From positions 143,220,001-143,284,000 of the forward strand of contig NC_042997.1 of NCBI RefSeq assembly GCF_006345805.1: a stretch of DNA of 64,000 nt, given 5' to 3'. Every line of letters begins with the position of its first letter. Position 1 is the stretch's first letter. Below, in pieces: positions 23,501 through 38,590 of this stretch. This DNA comes from Octopus sinensis (lineage: Eukaryota). The position numbers and the translations under genes are program-made. The notes beneath the pieces were generated by a model. The model made no database searches and was not told the origin of the DNA. It saw only the letters and a list, made by a program, of their open reading frames with translations.

Positions 23501-26344
23501 AATCTTTTATCTTATCTTTCACTTGCTTTTAGTTGAACAAATCAACCCCAGTACTTCTTTTTAAACTTGGTACTCATTCTAGTAGTCTCTTTGGCCAAGC
23601 CGGTAAGTTACAGGGACATTAACAAACCAGCACCAATTGTCAAGCATTGGTGGGGGACAAACACACACACATACACACACAGGGTACCACTTGGTGGGAT
23701 TGAACCCAGAACTATGTGGTCGGGAAGCAAACTTCTAGCTACACAACCATGCATTGCCTGTACACACACACACATACACACACACACATGCACACAATCC
23801 AGAAGTCAAAACAAATATGCAAGTATATGTATTTGAGATGTAATATAACTTGGACATATGAGAATTTTATTGAGTGATAAGTAAATAAGACATGATTTAA
23901 AAAACAATAAGAGATTAGACAACAAACAAATGGTGGTATTTTTAAAACTGCTTGTTTTATTTTACATCTAAAAAGAACAACCAGTACCAAGTCAGCCAGC
24001 CAATACTACTTTCTAACTTTTCAAAAAAACCAAGTGATCTCAACATGACTAACCTATTTATTAGCCTTAAACTCAGCCTTGGTCAATTTCATGTCAATAA
24101 TTACAAGAGGCTAGCATTGTTTCTAGAATGTTGTCTGCCTACAATGGTAAACCAGACAGAGATAACCATTGGAAGAGAAAAAAATAGAAGAGAAAAAGTA
24201 GAAAGTAAATACATTTTAAACTAGCACATTAAAATGTGCAATTATAGTATTTTTCTTTCTTTCTTTTTGCGAGAGAATACATAGAATCTAAGTAAGCAAC
24301 AATCGCAACAACAGAAAAAAGAAAATAAATGGAACAAATTCTTAGATAATAGTTTGACTACTTAACTGCAAGATATGATTTATCATTGAAATTGCAAGAA
24401 AAAAAAAACAACAACAAAACCCCTGAAAAATAAATGGAAATAAGTGGAATTTAATAGAATAAAATGAAATAATATAAATTATAAAAGGTTTGTCATTCGT
24501 AATAGAAAAAAATTGAAATCTAAAAATGGCTATGCATTTATTCATTTACCCAGCACTAACTAGCTAGGGATAGACATATGTTTTTTTACAGGAAAGATTT
24601 TTGTATTTAACAGTTCTTAAAAAGTAAATAAGTTCAGATAAATATGTTGATCAGATGCAGGCATGGCTGTGTGGCTTATATGTTTTGCTTTTCAACCACA
24701 TGGTTCCAAGTCCAGTTCTACTGTAGGGTACATTGGGCAAGTGTTGTCTATTATAGTCCTGGGCTGACTGAAGCCTGTGAGTTGATTTGGTAGATGGAAA
24801 ATGAAAGAAGTTTGTTTTGTATATTTATATGATGTCATACTCTAACCTCTCACCACCTGGCATAAAGCCACCTCCTTCAATACCATCCCTCCCTCTCAAA
24901 GTATATTTGTCTTGCAAGTTACTTGGTGACCTCACTGGTGCTGGTGCTATGTAAAAAAGCACCCAGTTTACCTTGCAAAGTGGTTGGCATTAGGAAGAGC
25001 ATCCAGACATAAAAACCATGTTTTCCATGCTAGCTTTGGACGGCTTGACAGGAACTAGCAAGGTCATGGGCTGTGTGTAGGTGTATGTGTGTTTGTGTGT
25101 TTATATCTTTTCATCTTGACATAGTGTGATAGCTGTAAGTTGGTGTCATTGTCAAGCAAGCACTATCATTTGTTTCCAATCTTCCATGCAAACATGTCTA
25201 GTCACAGTGAAATATTACCCTTGCTCGGAAGCAAGTGAGGGTTAGTGAGAGGAAGGGCATCTGGCCATAGAAAATCTACTTCAATAAATTATGCCTGACC
25301 CTACAGTCATGGAAAAGTGAATATTAAAACAATGATGATGATGATAAGGATGATGATGCACAAAAATATAAAAAATAAGAAATATAAATTGAAGGCTGAT
25401 TCATATATAGTAGATTTCCTATCATTTTAAAAGATTATGATTTCAGACACGGCAAATTGGAAGAACACACTATTATGTATGAAATCTACCATTTTATTCT
25501 TACAGAGAATTCATTTATTGTTGATTTCCTGAGTGTCTTCTTGGTATCTTTACACAAATTTGGAATGATCTACAAAAGCAATAAACCAATCACAAAGAAT
25601 TTCTGAGTTGCTTTTTTACAGGAATAAAAGAGTTAAATGGAAATGGTCTTAATGAAAGACAATTTTGTTGGTTTTGTAGAAAAAATATTCTTTTATCTTT
25701 TACTTCTTTCAATCATTGACAAAATCAACACCAATACATACTTTTTTAAAAAAGTCTGGTACTTATTCTATTGGTCTTATGTGTGGAATTGCTGAATTAT
25801 GCAGACATAAACAAACCAACACTGGTTGTTAAGCAGTGGGGGACAAACACAAACACAGAGACACACACACATGATGGGTTTCCACACAGTTTTTGTCAAC
25901 CAAATTCACTCACAAAGCATAGATTGGCCCATGGGTATGATAGAGGACAGTTGATTAAAGTACTGCAAAGTGGGAGTGAACTCAAAATCACAGGGCTCCA
26001 AAGCAAGCCTCTTAGCCACACAACTGTGCCTGCAGTTATGGTGTATGAAACAATTAAAAGACCTTTGTTGTTTATTTTTTTCCAAACAACTGGCTTTTTA
26101 CAAAATAGTTTTTAAGCATTCTTTTAGTCTTTTAGATTCAATCAGTGAATCTGCTGTTATGCTGGGCCAGTGTCTTCAAGATTTGTTGGTTACTTCAATC
26201 CTAGTATTTTATCTGGTACTTATTTTGGTGCTGTCCAAAGGAGGAAAGCAAAGTTGATTTATGTATGATTGTAATGCAGATTATTAAGTTATTTTAATCC
26301 ATGCTCCATGACTGGATGTCCTTCCTAACACCAACTTTTTTACT

Positions 26345-26605
26345 GGTGCTTTGTCAAGGACCAAGTTCTGTCAAGAATGTAAGAGTGCTTGTACTTGGCT
26401 ATTGTTCAGCCATTTTAAGCAAGACCTCATTTCCCACAACAGAGGATCTCCCTGGCCTTGGTTTGTCTTAAAGGCCCACGTTACTTTCCTTGAAACATCT
26501 GATCCAGTTTTGTGCCACACATTCATTGACAGTTTTTGGGTTTTCCACATGACTAATTTCTTTTGTCACTGCTCTTGCACCAAGTCCTTTTTTCCACTAA
26601 TAATT
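26345..26605 (-). mobile_element. Mariner transposase N-terminal (HTH) relic
   Basis: Minus translation, across a frameshift: GLGARAVTKEISHVENPKTVNECVAQNWIRCFKESNVGL*DKPRPGRSSVVGNEVLLKMAEQ*PSTST, matching the mariner TVxxxxAQxWFxRFKxGxxxLEDxPRxGRP pattern. Confidence 0.8.
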
Positions 26606-29600
26606 GAAGCTGTAAAATAGATAATAAACAATTAATGTTTATATGCTATATATGAAAATAAAGAATAAACAATTCAGCAATGACCAGACAACAAATTGTA
26701 TCAAATTAATGACATAACAAGGAGATACAAGTTGCTAAAAAACATCAGTGAAAATCTGAAAAACCTTTCGACTCAATCTGGAATTAGCAATGTTTATTGA
26801 CATTTTCTGCAAATGAATTGCATTCCACAAAGCCTATTCAAAGATGAATAGAATAAAAAAATCCGTTACTTGAAAAAGGAAAGAGGTTAGCAACAGGAAA
26901 TGCATCTGGTTGCGAATCAATGCCTCAATTCATATTTACCCAACCCATATCGACATGAAAAACTGGATGTAAAACATACAAGTGAACTCAGCTCTTATTT
27001 CAGGAGCACCATTATTGTTTGAATATAAGTATTTAGAATCTCTCATTAATTTCTTTTCTTTCAACTTTTCCCCTGAATGGCAGTGTTCAAAACACTGGAT
27101 TTTCCACTCTTCATGTCAAGTTCCCTGTACTCTTTTTATTGATTTTACCACATAAGTCTTGCCAATGCAGAACTACACCAGGTTCGGTGGAGTTTGTTCG
27201 ATAGTAAATCAATAGCCTGAGTCAAGAATACTGTATTTGATTGCATATATGCGACACTTTTTTTCCAAAAAAAGTCTCAAAAATTCACATAGGTCCTATA
27301 CATGAAGTTAGGCTTTAATATATTAATTTTTTTTCCCTTTAATATGCTTTGCTGAAAATTAGGATGCACTTGTCTTTTATACTATCAAATATATGTTATT
27401 TTTGAAGTATGAGCATAATTGTGTGGTAACAAGTTTGCTTTCCAACCACATGGTTTTGGATTCAGTCCCACTGCATGGCACCTTGGACAAGTGTCTTCTA
27501 CTATTGTCCTGGGATGACCAAAGCTTTGTGAATGGATTGGATAGGCAGAAATGGAAAGAAGCTTATCATATATGTATGTGTGTGTGTGTATGCATGTCTA
27601 TTGTGTATGTGTGTGTGTGACTCCTTGTGTGATATTTATAAACAATTGTCATCATCATGTCTGGTGATGGAGAAATATCATCTTACTTGGAAACAGCTGG
27701 TGACAGGAAGCATATCTAACCATAGAAAAAGCCTCAACAAATTCTGTCCAATGGATGCAAGCTTGAAAAAGTGGGTATTACTAAATAATGATGATAATGA
27801 GCTCTCAGAATAACCCAATAACATATTGCAGGAGATTATTTAGCATTTGAGGCAAGATTTATGAGTCAGTAACCTATTTCAGAAGTGTATTGTACAGATT
27901 AATAAATGAACAAGGAGTCAACAGAGCTGTTTCAGGAGTATTTTAGTGTTTGAAATATGAAGTTTTCATTAGGTTAATAATAATTAACCTAATTTTTGAT
28001 ATGTTGTTGCGTTTTAACATTCATTTTATTTCCAAATGGGCTGGGATTTTCTTTAAAAAGCATGTTCTTTCATGATCTAAACGATATACTGCTTAGTTGA
28101 TTCATAAGTTTATTGTTTATAGGCGCAGGAGTGGCTGTGTGGTAAGAAGCTTGCTTCCCAACCTCATGGTTCCATGTTCAGTCCCACTGCATGGCACCTT
28201 TGGTAAGTGTCTTTTACAATAACCTCTGGCCAACCAAAGTCTTGTGAGTGGATTTGGAAGACAGAAATTGAAAGAAGCCCATCATATATACATACATGTG
28301 TGGCTGTGTTTGCCTCCCCCCACCATTGCTTGACACCGATGTTGGTGTGTTTATGTCCCTGTAACTTAGTGGTTCAGCAAAAGAGAACGATAGAATAAGT
28401 ACTAAGCTTACAAAGAATATGTCCTGGGGTTGATTTGCTTGACTAAAGGCGGTGCTCCAGCGTGGCTGCAGTCAAATGACTGAAACAAATAAAAAGATAA
28501 AAGAATAGTCATATCTGTGATTCTGTTTATGGAAACAAAGTTATGAACATATGCATCTAATGCACAATGTTTAAATACCTACTCTGTTATATATTGATGG
28601 ACAGCCTAGCGGTTATGGCATTGGTCTCCTGATCATAATGTTGCAGGTTCAGTTCTTCAACTAGGAAATGATAATATTTGTGTCCTTGAACAAGGCATTT
28701 CATTTCACATTGCTCTTGTCTGCTCAGCTAAAAATGAGTACCCGTTGCATGCTCATGCGATACCCTTTCCTTTCACTGTTTCTTATGTCTTGGATGTTCT
28801 ACTTGAGTCTGGGATGGGAACACCAAGAGGGTGTTTATGTCTGGTTGTGGCTACATAGGGACCTAATTAGTTAAAACACGGTACATGCTAGCAAGTCATA
28901 CTCATTTGTGAGTGATGGCCATAGTTGGTTCTCTTTTTTATCTCTTGCTTGTTCCAGTCATTGGACTGTGGCCATGCTGGAGCACTACCTTGAAGGGTTT
29001 TATCAGAATCTTTTACTTAACTGCTAAATTATGGGGGCATAAACACACCAACACCTGTTGTCAAGTTGCAGTGGGGAAAACACACATACACATGACAAGT
29101 TTCTGCAGTTTCCAACGAAATACTGGTCACCCTGGGGTTATAGTAGTAGATACTTGTTCATGGTACCATGTGGTGAGACTGAACATGAAACCATGTGGTT
29201 GCAAAACGAACTTCTTAACTACACAACCATGCCTATGCTTATGTTGAATATAGTTGGACCAATGTCCTATAGCCTTCATCAGATGGCTGTGAGGTTAATG
29301 TTAATTCTTCCCTAAATAAAGGCTTCTATATGGTGTTTGTTGTTGTATTAAGCCTACAGGGAAGATTTATTGAATACAATGGGATCCTAAAAAAGACCAA
29401 ATGGTATAATGACTATAACATTGGGACTATAACAATCATATTGAGGACACTAGTTCTATCATCATTGTTGTTGTTGTCATTTTAACATCCACTTTTCTAT
29501 GCTTGCATGAGTCAAATGGAATTCATTGAGGTAGGTTTTCTATCGCCAGATTCTCTTCCTGTTACCAACCATTCTTTGTTTCCAAGCAAGCTAATATTTT

Positions 29601-31198
29601 TCTATGAATGGATATGATTTCACAGAAGATGGGAAATGAATGACACCACTTGTAAAACGTGACACTCGTTTACAATTATCTTGTGATGACAAAACAAGGA
29701 GACATAAACACATACAAACACACACTCATACATACATATACATAGTATTCTCCTTTCGGCTTCCAGTCTACTTAATCCACTCACAAAGCTTTGGTCAGCC
29801 CAGAGCTATAGTAGAAGACACTTACCTAAAGTGCCACATAATGAAACTGAACCCAAAGCCATGTGGTTAGGAAGCAAAATTCTTAACCACATAGCCCTCT
29901 CTGCATTGCTATTAATGTACTATAATTGTTGTTAATTTTTTAAACAATAATTGCTTCTATGTCATATCAGTGTATAATAATCTTTCCTATTATAAGCAGA
30001 GGGCTTGAAATTTTGGGGATGAAAAGCAAAGTCGGCTTTGGCAGAATTTGAACTCAGAATATGAAACGAAATGCTACTAAACAAACATTTTGTCTGGCTT
30101 GCTAACAATTCTACCAGTTTGCTACCACATAATGTATTATAATGATAATTCTATTCCTCATTTCAGAATTCAGATGAAATTAGCCTGATTTACATCAAAC
30201 ATCTTTGTTCTTTAAACAAATGAAAAATTTATTTAGACTGTGTACATACAGCTGTGTACATATATGTCTACACACACATACACTGGACTTCCACATAATT
30301 TTCCTCTACCAACCTAAACTCACAAGGCATTGTTTAGCCAATATAAGACTGTGATAAGAGACACTTGACTGAGGTGTGCCACAAGAGTATTGAACCCAGA
30401 ACCATGTAGGGTATGAAGTGAACATCTTAACAACACAGCCATGCTTAAAACTATCACATTTTCAAAAAGTATTCTTGAGTACATTATATTCCAACCATTT
30501 TTTCATTTCCTTATTACCCTAACTTCATTAAATAATACATTTTGAAGTAATAATGCTTCTATTTAAATAAACCAAATACAACAGCTACCTGTTTTTTTTT
30601 CTGCTTCTGTTTATTTTTCTGTCATTGAAAGCTTCATTGACATCACAATGTTTGTCTTTGTTTAATAAACTCTTGGTTGAACTAAAAACAATATCACTAG
30701 TGTGAAATAAGTCTTTTATGATTGCAAGAAAACTCTGCTTCATTTTTACTCTTTTAATCTGCTGTCTCTTATTCGTTTCATTTATTGGATGCAGCCATGC
30801 TGGAACACTGCCTTAAAGGTTTGGGTGAACAAATCAACACCAGTATTTATTTTCAAATCTGAATCTTATTCTCTTGATCTCTTTTGCTGAACCATAAATT
30901 TTTTCCTGGCACTGAATATGTCAGGAAGAAAATTAGCTTATGGGAGGCCCAGCATCACATGTATGACCAAGGGTGATTTTTTTTTTTGAAACATAATTTT
31001 GGAAAAAAGTGTGTCTTACATGTTATCCAATATGTTACTTCAGATGGGTTTCATTAATGTTAGTCAATATGACCACCATATAATTTATGTTTCAATATCA
31101 GCAAGTAAGTGTGCAAATCTGGCAAAGGTCTTACTCCATTTCATTTTTGTATCTGGTTTGCAAGATTCTTTATGTGAATTCATGAGTTGAAACAAATT

Positions 31199-31466
31199 TT
31201 GTTGTGTCTAGGGAGAGTCATCGTGCTAATATAATTAACACACACACTCATTTATTAAATTTCTTTTTGCTTTTGTCAAAGCTCCTTCGTTGCCTTTTTC
31301 ACAACCTTCTCAGTGACTATTGATACTCACTAATAGGGTTGCAAAAAAGCAATGAAATAGCTTTGACCCCCCCCCCCAAATAAAATGGCTATTTAATAAA
31401 TGAGTGGAATTGAGTCAGTGTGTGTGTTAATTATATTGGCATGATAACTCTCCCTAGACATAACAA
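31199..31466. mobile_element. MITE with ~50-bp TIRs
   Basis: gttgtgtctagggagagtcatcgtgctaatataattaacacacacact vs agtgtgtgtgttaattatattggcatgataactctccctagacataac. Confidence 0.75.
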
Positions 31467-32653
31467 GATCTTATTCAATTATCATTTTTTAAGTTTTTAT
31501 CACAAAGTGCAGACATGACTGTGTGGTTAAAAAGTTTGCTTCCCAACCACATGGTTTTGGGTTCAGTCTCACCGCATGGTACCTTGGGCAAGAGTCTTCA
31601 ACTATGGCCCCAGGCCATCCAATACTTTGTGACTAAATTTTTTAGATAGAAACTGAAAGAAGTCTGCCCTTTTTATGTATATGTATGTGTGTTTGTATGT
31701 ATCCTTGTCTGAGCATAACCATTATATAAGTGCTGTTGTTAATTTCTAGTTTTCAATGAAATACATGTCCTAACCATGGGGGAAATATTACTTTGCATGG
31801 AAACAGGTGAGAGTTGGCAACAGGAAGGACATCCCACCACAGAATGTCTGCCTCAACAAACTCTGTCCCACCCATGCAAGGTGGACGTTAAATGATAATG
31901 GTGATTATAGAATGACATAAAACAGCTGCTTAAAATTCTTCATTCTTTTATTTTGTTTTTCTTTTCTGTAACAGTTCATCAAAGAAAATATCTCTTTTGG
32001 GGGTTTTTTTTCTGCATTTTCTTCTCCATTGAAAATTACATTAAACATGAATCTATCAATCAGTTACAACACATCTCAACAAATTTTCAATTACCACTAT
32101 CATATTCACGATTAATTATATTTCTATGTCAGTTGGTTTTTCTTCTTCTGTGTGTATGAGTTTAATACAAATAGCCATTTATTCTATTTTTACAACATTA
32201 CTCCATGTCTTTTTTGTTTCTTAAAGATTGAATAAATCTTTAACATTTAAATTCTGTTTTTAGAAGTTCTTGATCAATATTTAACTAATGAATTTTCAAT
32301 TGATAAATATTTGCAGTTAATATATGCTAACTTTTAATATTGATTTTTTCATTAAACAGAAACCACTTCATCAAAATCTGTCCTTTCTATCAGTTTTATC
32401 ATTATACTAGCAGTATCATCCGGTGTTTCTTGGGTTTGTTTTGACCCTTTAGAATTGGAATTTTTGAAAAGCAAAAAACTTGCATTATGTAGCTTGTTAT
32501 TCTCTTTAAGTGAACATTTTTCTGGTTGAAATACACCGAAAAATGGTGACATAGCAGTAAAAAAATTGTAAAAAATAGGGATTTTCACAGAAAAAAAGCA
32601 CCTTTTTGATGTAAATAATTTTTGGTGTTAACATGGTCCGATTTGAACTTTTT

Positions 32654-32694
<41 letters not shown>

Positions 32695-33700
32695 TCATCA
32701 TCATCATCATTGTTTAACGTCTGCTTTCCATGCAAGCATGGATTGGATGATTTGACTGAGGGCTGGAGAACCAGATGGCTGCACCAGGCTCCAATTTTGA
32801 TCTGGCAGAGTTTCTACAGCTGGATGCCCTTCCTAATGCCAACCACTCCGAGAGTGTACTGGGTGCTTTTACGTGCCAACAGCACAGAAGCCAGTTAGCC
32901 GCTCTGGCAATGATCATGGTCAGATAGTGCTCTTTGCACCCTACTAGCACGGGGAACAAGTGCCAGTAAGGCAATGCTGGTAATAATCAAACTCGAATGG
33001 TGCCTTTTATGTGCCACTGACATAGAAGCTGGTTAGCTGCTCTGTCAACGATCACACTTGTATGGTGCTCTTTGTACCCTGCTAGCACGAATGCCAGTCA
33101 TTGAATTTGATTTTGATTTCACTTGCCTCAACAGGTCTTTGCAAGCAGAGTTTAGTGTCCAAAGAAGGAAAAGGTATGCATAAGTTGGCTGGTTACGCTC
33201 CTGGCATAGGCCACGAGATTATGGTCTCCTTTGGCTTGCCGGGTCTTCTCAAGCACAGCATATTTCCAAAAGTCTCGGTCACTAGTCATTTCCTTGGTGA
33301 GGCCTAAAGTTCGAAGGTCGTGCTTCACCACTTCATCCCAGGTCTTCCTGGGTCTACCTCTTCCTCAGGTTCCCTCAACTGCTTGGGTGTGGCACTTTTT
33401 CACACAGCTGTCCTCATCCATTCTCACCACATGACAATACCAGCACAGTTGTCTCTCTTGCACACCACATCTGATGCTTCTTAGGTCCAACTTTTCTCTC
33501 AAGGTACTTACACTCTGTCGAGTATGCACAATCACATTACACATGCATCGGATCATACTAGCTTCATTCCATGCGAGCTTACGCATATCTTTAGCAGTCA
33601 TAGCCCATGTTTCACTGCCATGTAGCATGGCTGTTTGTATGCATGCGTCATACAGTCTACCTTTTACTTTGAGCGAGAGGCCTTTTGTCACCAGCAGGGG
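32695..33700 (-). mobile_element. 5'-truncated RTE-clade LINE
   Basis: ORF 33365-33691: KVKGRLYDACIQTAMLHGSETW...QERQLCWYCHVVRMDEDSCVKKC. (CAT)n tail at ~32692-32710. Same family as 8203-9384 but more CpG-decayed. Confidence 0.9.
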
Positions 33701-33728
33701 TAAGAGGTAATATATATATATATTTTTT

Positions 33729-33836
33729 TCCGGTGAAGGTCGGTTTATGGGGTTACCCTGAGTTTCCCATCCATGGACAGGAAACCTTTATGGGCAGGAA
33801 ATCCAGGGTAACGCCATAAACTAGCCTTCACCAGGA
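33729..33836. repeat. ~105-bp imperfect hairpin (small foldback/MITE)
   Basis: ccggtgaaggtcggtttatggggttaccctg pairs with cagggtaacgccataaactagccttcaccagg. Confidence 0.7.
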
Positions 33837-36800
33837 ACAAATATAGATGGCTGTACTCTACTTCTTAGAGCGTGCTTCTTCTCTGGATTTATGTTTTTTT
33901 TAAAATAATATATCTATATATATAAATAGATATATATTGATACAAATATGTATACACACTCATATGGTGGATTCAATTTGATCAATTACCTTGGATTCAT
34001 CATCATCATCATCTAATATCCGCCTTCCATGGGTGGGACCATACTCAAAATATATTTTCTGCCATGGATTATACTGAATATATGTTTTCAGCCAAAGTAC
34101 TTTCTTATCACTAAGCTTCTGTTATACATCATTTAATCCAGCATTTGAACAACATCTGGCGTCTATCAACCAAGAGTGATGTTCAACTTAACAAATTAAG
34201 ACACTCTGAAGAAAATCAGCTAGTATTCTGTAATACATGTTAACAAACATGTATTTCTGTATGTATTTGTCTTTTTCATCTTTTGACTTTTATTTGTTTC
34301 AGTCATTGAACAGTGTCTTGAAGGGTTTTTGTCAAATAAATTGACCCCTGTACTTATATATCTATTTTAAAATTTGGTACTTATTCTATCTGCTTCCTTT
34401 TGCTGAACTACTCAGTTATGGAACATAAAGAATCCAATACAGTTGTCAAGCAGTGGGAGGGGTGATAAATACACGTACAAAGGCACATACTGGGAGTGAG
34501 ACACTTCTCAGCTTTTGTTAAAGCATGTCTCTAGGAGATGGTCCTTCTAAGAAAAAAAAAGTTTCCAAGTTCAGTCTCACTGCATGGCACCTTGGGGCAA
34601 GTGTCTTCTACTATAGCCTCGGGCTGACCAAAGCCTTGTGAGTGAATCTGGAAGATGGGAACTGAAAGAAGCCCATATGTGTATATATATACATGCGCGC
34701 ACACACACACACACACATATTTATATATGTATGTATATATATATTATTATTATAATTATTTGGGAATATTACTTCCGAGTACACAGGGAAAAGACATTCA
34801 AATTAGATGTACTAAAGTGAACATCTCTCAATGTTTAATTCGTATATATAAAAGTAATTTTAGAGACAGAACCACCGTCAACTCAGTCAACACTACAGGA
34901 AGTAGGGAAGGGGTTATGGTCAGTCCCGTAATCTAATTGGTCATGACTTTGTTATGGTTGGTTAATGGATAACCGATAACATAAACAACAACAACAAAGT
35001 AGGCAAAGATATATATAAATATATACAAATAAAAAAAAATATATATGTATATATATTTATGTGTGTGTGTGTGTCTTTGAGTCTGTGTTTGTCCTTCCTA
35101 CTGTCACTTGACAACCGATGTTGGTGAGTTTAGGTCCCCAAACTTAGCGGTTCAGCAAAAGAGACCTATAGAATAAATACTAAGTTTACAAAGAATAAGT
35201 CCTGAGGTTGATTTGTTCAACTAAAGGCAGTGCTCCAGCATGGCTGCAGTCAAATGATTGAAACATGCAAAAGAGTATGCAGAGAATAGCTCCAGAAATG
35301 TTGTGGATCTTTTGCTTGAGACCATGGCACTTCCACATTCCCAGGTCTGCAGCCCATATTGGCACTAGATATCTTGCCTCAACTTGCCTCTAGATCGTGT
35401 TAATAGGGTAGAGAGGATCTATAAAGCACCATGTGTGTAAACCTTATTGGACCTAAAATTTTGCACAGGCATCGCTTGTCAGTGTTGGTCATATTTGTCT
35501 ATGAGTTAACATCCATTGGCATCATCATCATATATGATGGGCTTCAGGGCGGCAAGCTGGCAGAAACGTTAGCACGCTGGGCGAAATGTGTAGCTGTATT
35601 TCGTCTGCCGTTACATTCTGAGTTCAAATTCCACCGAGGTCGACTTTGCCTTTCATCCTTTGGGGGGTCGATAAATTAAGTACCAGTTATGCACTGGGTC
35701 GATGTAATCGACTTAATCCGTTTGTCTGTCCTTGTTTGTTCCCTCTATGTTTAGCCCCTTGTGGGTAGTAAAGAAACATACATGATTGGCTTCTACACAA
35801 CTTCCATCTACCAAATCCACTCACAAGGCATTGCTTGGCCTGGGGCTAAAGTAAAAAACACTTGCGCAAGGTGCCACACAATGAGGCAGAACCCAAAATG
35901 AAACCATGTGGTAGCAAAGTGAACTTGTTAAACACACAGCCATGATTTCCCTTTAGATAGTGGTATTTTGCCTTGAATAATTTTCAATTATTCTCAGAAA
36001 AACTACTAAGACATACTATGCAAATAGTAACATTCTCTACTTATTTATGTCAACTGTGGACAAAATAATTACAAGTGCTAGCATTTATTTATTTATTTGT
36101 CTTAGTTTCTGCCAGCTGCTACTTATGAAGTTGAATACTAATAGCTTCCTGGTATTTCTGGAAGTATTCAGCTGAACACTTCATGTCTATTTATTTATAC
36201 ATTTGTTTATTCTCTTGTTTCCTAATACATACAAAATTAACTTCTTTACCATCTTACATTTTACTTTCATTCTACTCCTATGGAATAAGTTATTACAGTA
36301 TAAATCTTCTAAATCATATTCAGATATATTCATTTTTATGTTGTAAAATAGCAAAAATTGACAACTGCGTAATCTACCAATATATCCTTTATCTTTTACT
36401 TGTGAAGGTGCATGGCTCAGTGGTTATAGCATTGGGCTCACAGTCATGCGGTAGTGAGTTCAATTCCTTGACTGGACTGTGTGTTATGCTCTGTTTTGAG
36501 CAAAACACTTTATTTCATGTTGCTCCAGTTCACTCAGCTGTAGAAATGAGTTGTGACATCACTGGTACCTAGCTGTATCGACCTTTACCTTTCTCTTGGT
36601 TAACATTGGTGGCATGGAGAGGGGTATGCATGGTCGACTGCTGGTCTTCCATAAACAAATTTGCTCCAGACATTTACTTTGGAGAGGGACTTTCTGGGTA
36701 CAATCCCATGGTCATTCATGACTGAAGAGGGTTTTTACCCTTTTACTTGTTTCAATAATTGAAACAATACTGGGGTACTCCTCAAAGGGTTTAGCTGAAC

Positions 36801-36948
36801 AAATCATTACCATTTTTTTTTAAAGTCTGGTACTTATTGTGTCTGTTTTACTGAACCTACTGCTAAGTTATGAGGACATAAGCAAACCAATGCTGGTTAC
36901 TAAACAGTGGTGGGGGACAAACACACACAAATTATACATATAAAAATT

Positions 36949-36979
<31 letters not shown>

Positions 36980-37704
36980 CCCTCTCTCTCTTTCGGAGAG
37001 GCACAAGCACCTACACACACATATACACACACGGCAGTAACTTGCGCCTGCCAAATTCAATCACAAAGCTTCGGTCGGCTCGGGGCTATAGCGGAAGACA
37101 CCTACCCAAAGTGCCACGCAGTGGGACTGAACCCGAAACCATGTAGCTAGGAAGCAAGCTCCCTAACCACACAGCCATGCCCGTATATGTATATGCATAT
37201 TTAGGTGCTATGGAGTGGGACGGAACCTGGAACCATGTGGTTGGGAAGCAAACTTCTTACAATGCAGTCATGCCTGCATCTAAAAGTATTTGTATGTCAT
37301 CTTTGCGCAAGCACCATGCTAATCTTTTCTGTATTGTTCCAATTTCAGAAGATGCACTGCAGAAGCTATATATAACCTCCTTCTCTCTCTAAATATATCT
37401 ACCATGAAAGGAACAAAAATTCCTCAAACATAACTGACAGGAGAAAATGGGAATTGATTTCCTTGTGTGAACATAATGAAATCATCTCGAAATTTACACT
37501 GTTAATAGATACATTCAGTGTGTGGTATTTAAATATATTTTTCAAAGAAATTAAAAATTGCAGTTCATTTTAAGGTTCTGGTGCATTTTCAACCCCTAAA
37601 TGCACGCTCCTATGTGTGTGTGGGTAAAATTCAGAGAGCTCATACCTCTGCTGGTGACAAAGGACCTCTCACTCAGAGTAAACGGTAAACTGTATGATGT
37701 ATGT

Positions 37705-38590
37705 GTGTGAACAGCCATGCTACATGGCAGTGAAACAAGGGCCGTGACTGCTGAGGACATGAGTAAGTATGCAAGAAATGAAGCTAGTATGCTCCACCAG
37801 ATGTGTAATGTCAGTGTGCATCAGGTGTGGTGTGTAAGAGAGACAACTGTGCTAGTATGGTCATGTGTTGTGAATGGATGAGGACAGCTGTGGGAAAAAG
37901 TAGCAGTAGAGGGAACCTGTGGAAGAGGTAACCCATGAAGACCTGGGATGAGGTGGTGAAGTATGACCTTTGAAAGTTGGGCCTCATGGAGGTGATGACA
38001 AGTGACTGAAACCTTTAGAGATATGCTGTGCTTGAGAAGACCTGGCAAGACCATAACCGTAATCTATGCCAGTGCAGTATAACTGGTCTATTTAAGAGTA
38101 CCCTTCAATCATTGGGCAATAAATTGCACTTGTGAAAACCTGTTGAGTCAGGTGAAGTCATTGTTGTGGCCGATGACAATACTGCCTGATTGGCACCTGT
38201 GTCAGTGGCATGTAAAAAGCACCATTCGGGCGTAGTCGATGCCAGTGCTGCCTGACTAGTTCCATGCTGGTGGCACATAAAAAGCACAATTTGAGTGTGG
38301 TCGTTGCCACTGCCAGCTGACTGGCTCCCATGCCAGTGGCATGTAAAAAGCAACTATTCAAGCATGGTCAATGCCAGTACTGTCTGATTGGCCCTCATGC
38401 CAGTGGCACATAAAGAGCACCCACCACACTCTCAGAGTGGTTGGTGTTAGAAAGGGCATCCAGCTGTAGAAACTTTGCCAGATCAGATTGGAGCCTGGTG
38501 CAGCATTCTGGCTTGCCAGCCCTCAGTCAAACCATCCAACCCATGCCAGCATGGAAAGTGGATGTTGAACGAAGTTGATGATGATGATAA
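37705..38590 (+). mobile_element. Degenerate RTE-clade LINE 3' fragment
   Basis: gccatgctacatggcagtgaaac...gagagacaactgtgctagtatggtcatgtg...; ends with a gatgatgat tail. Same family as above, opposite orientation. Confidence 0.8.
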
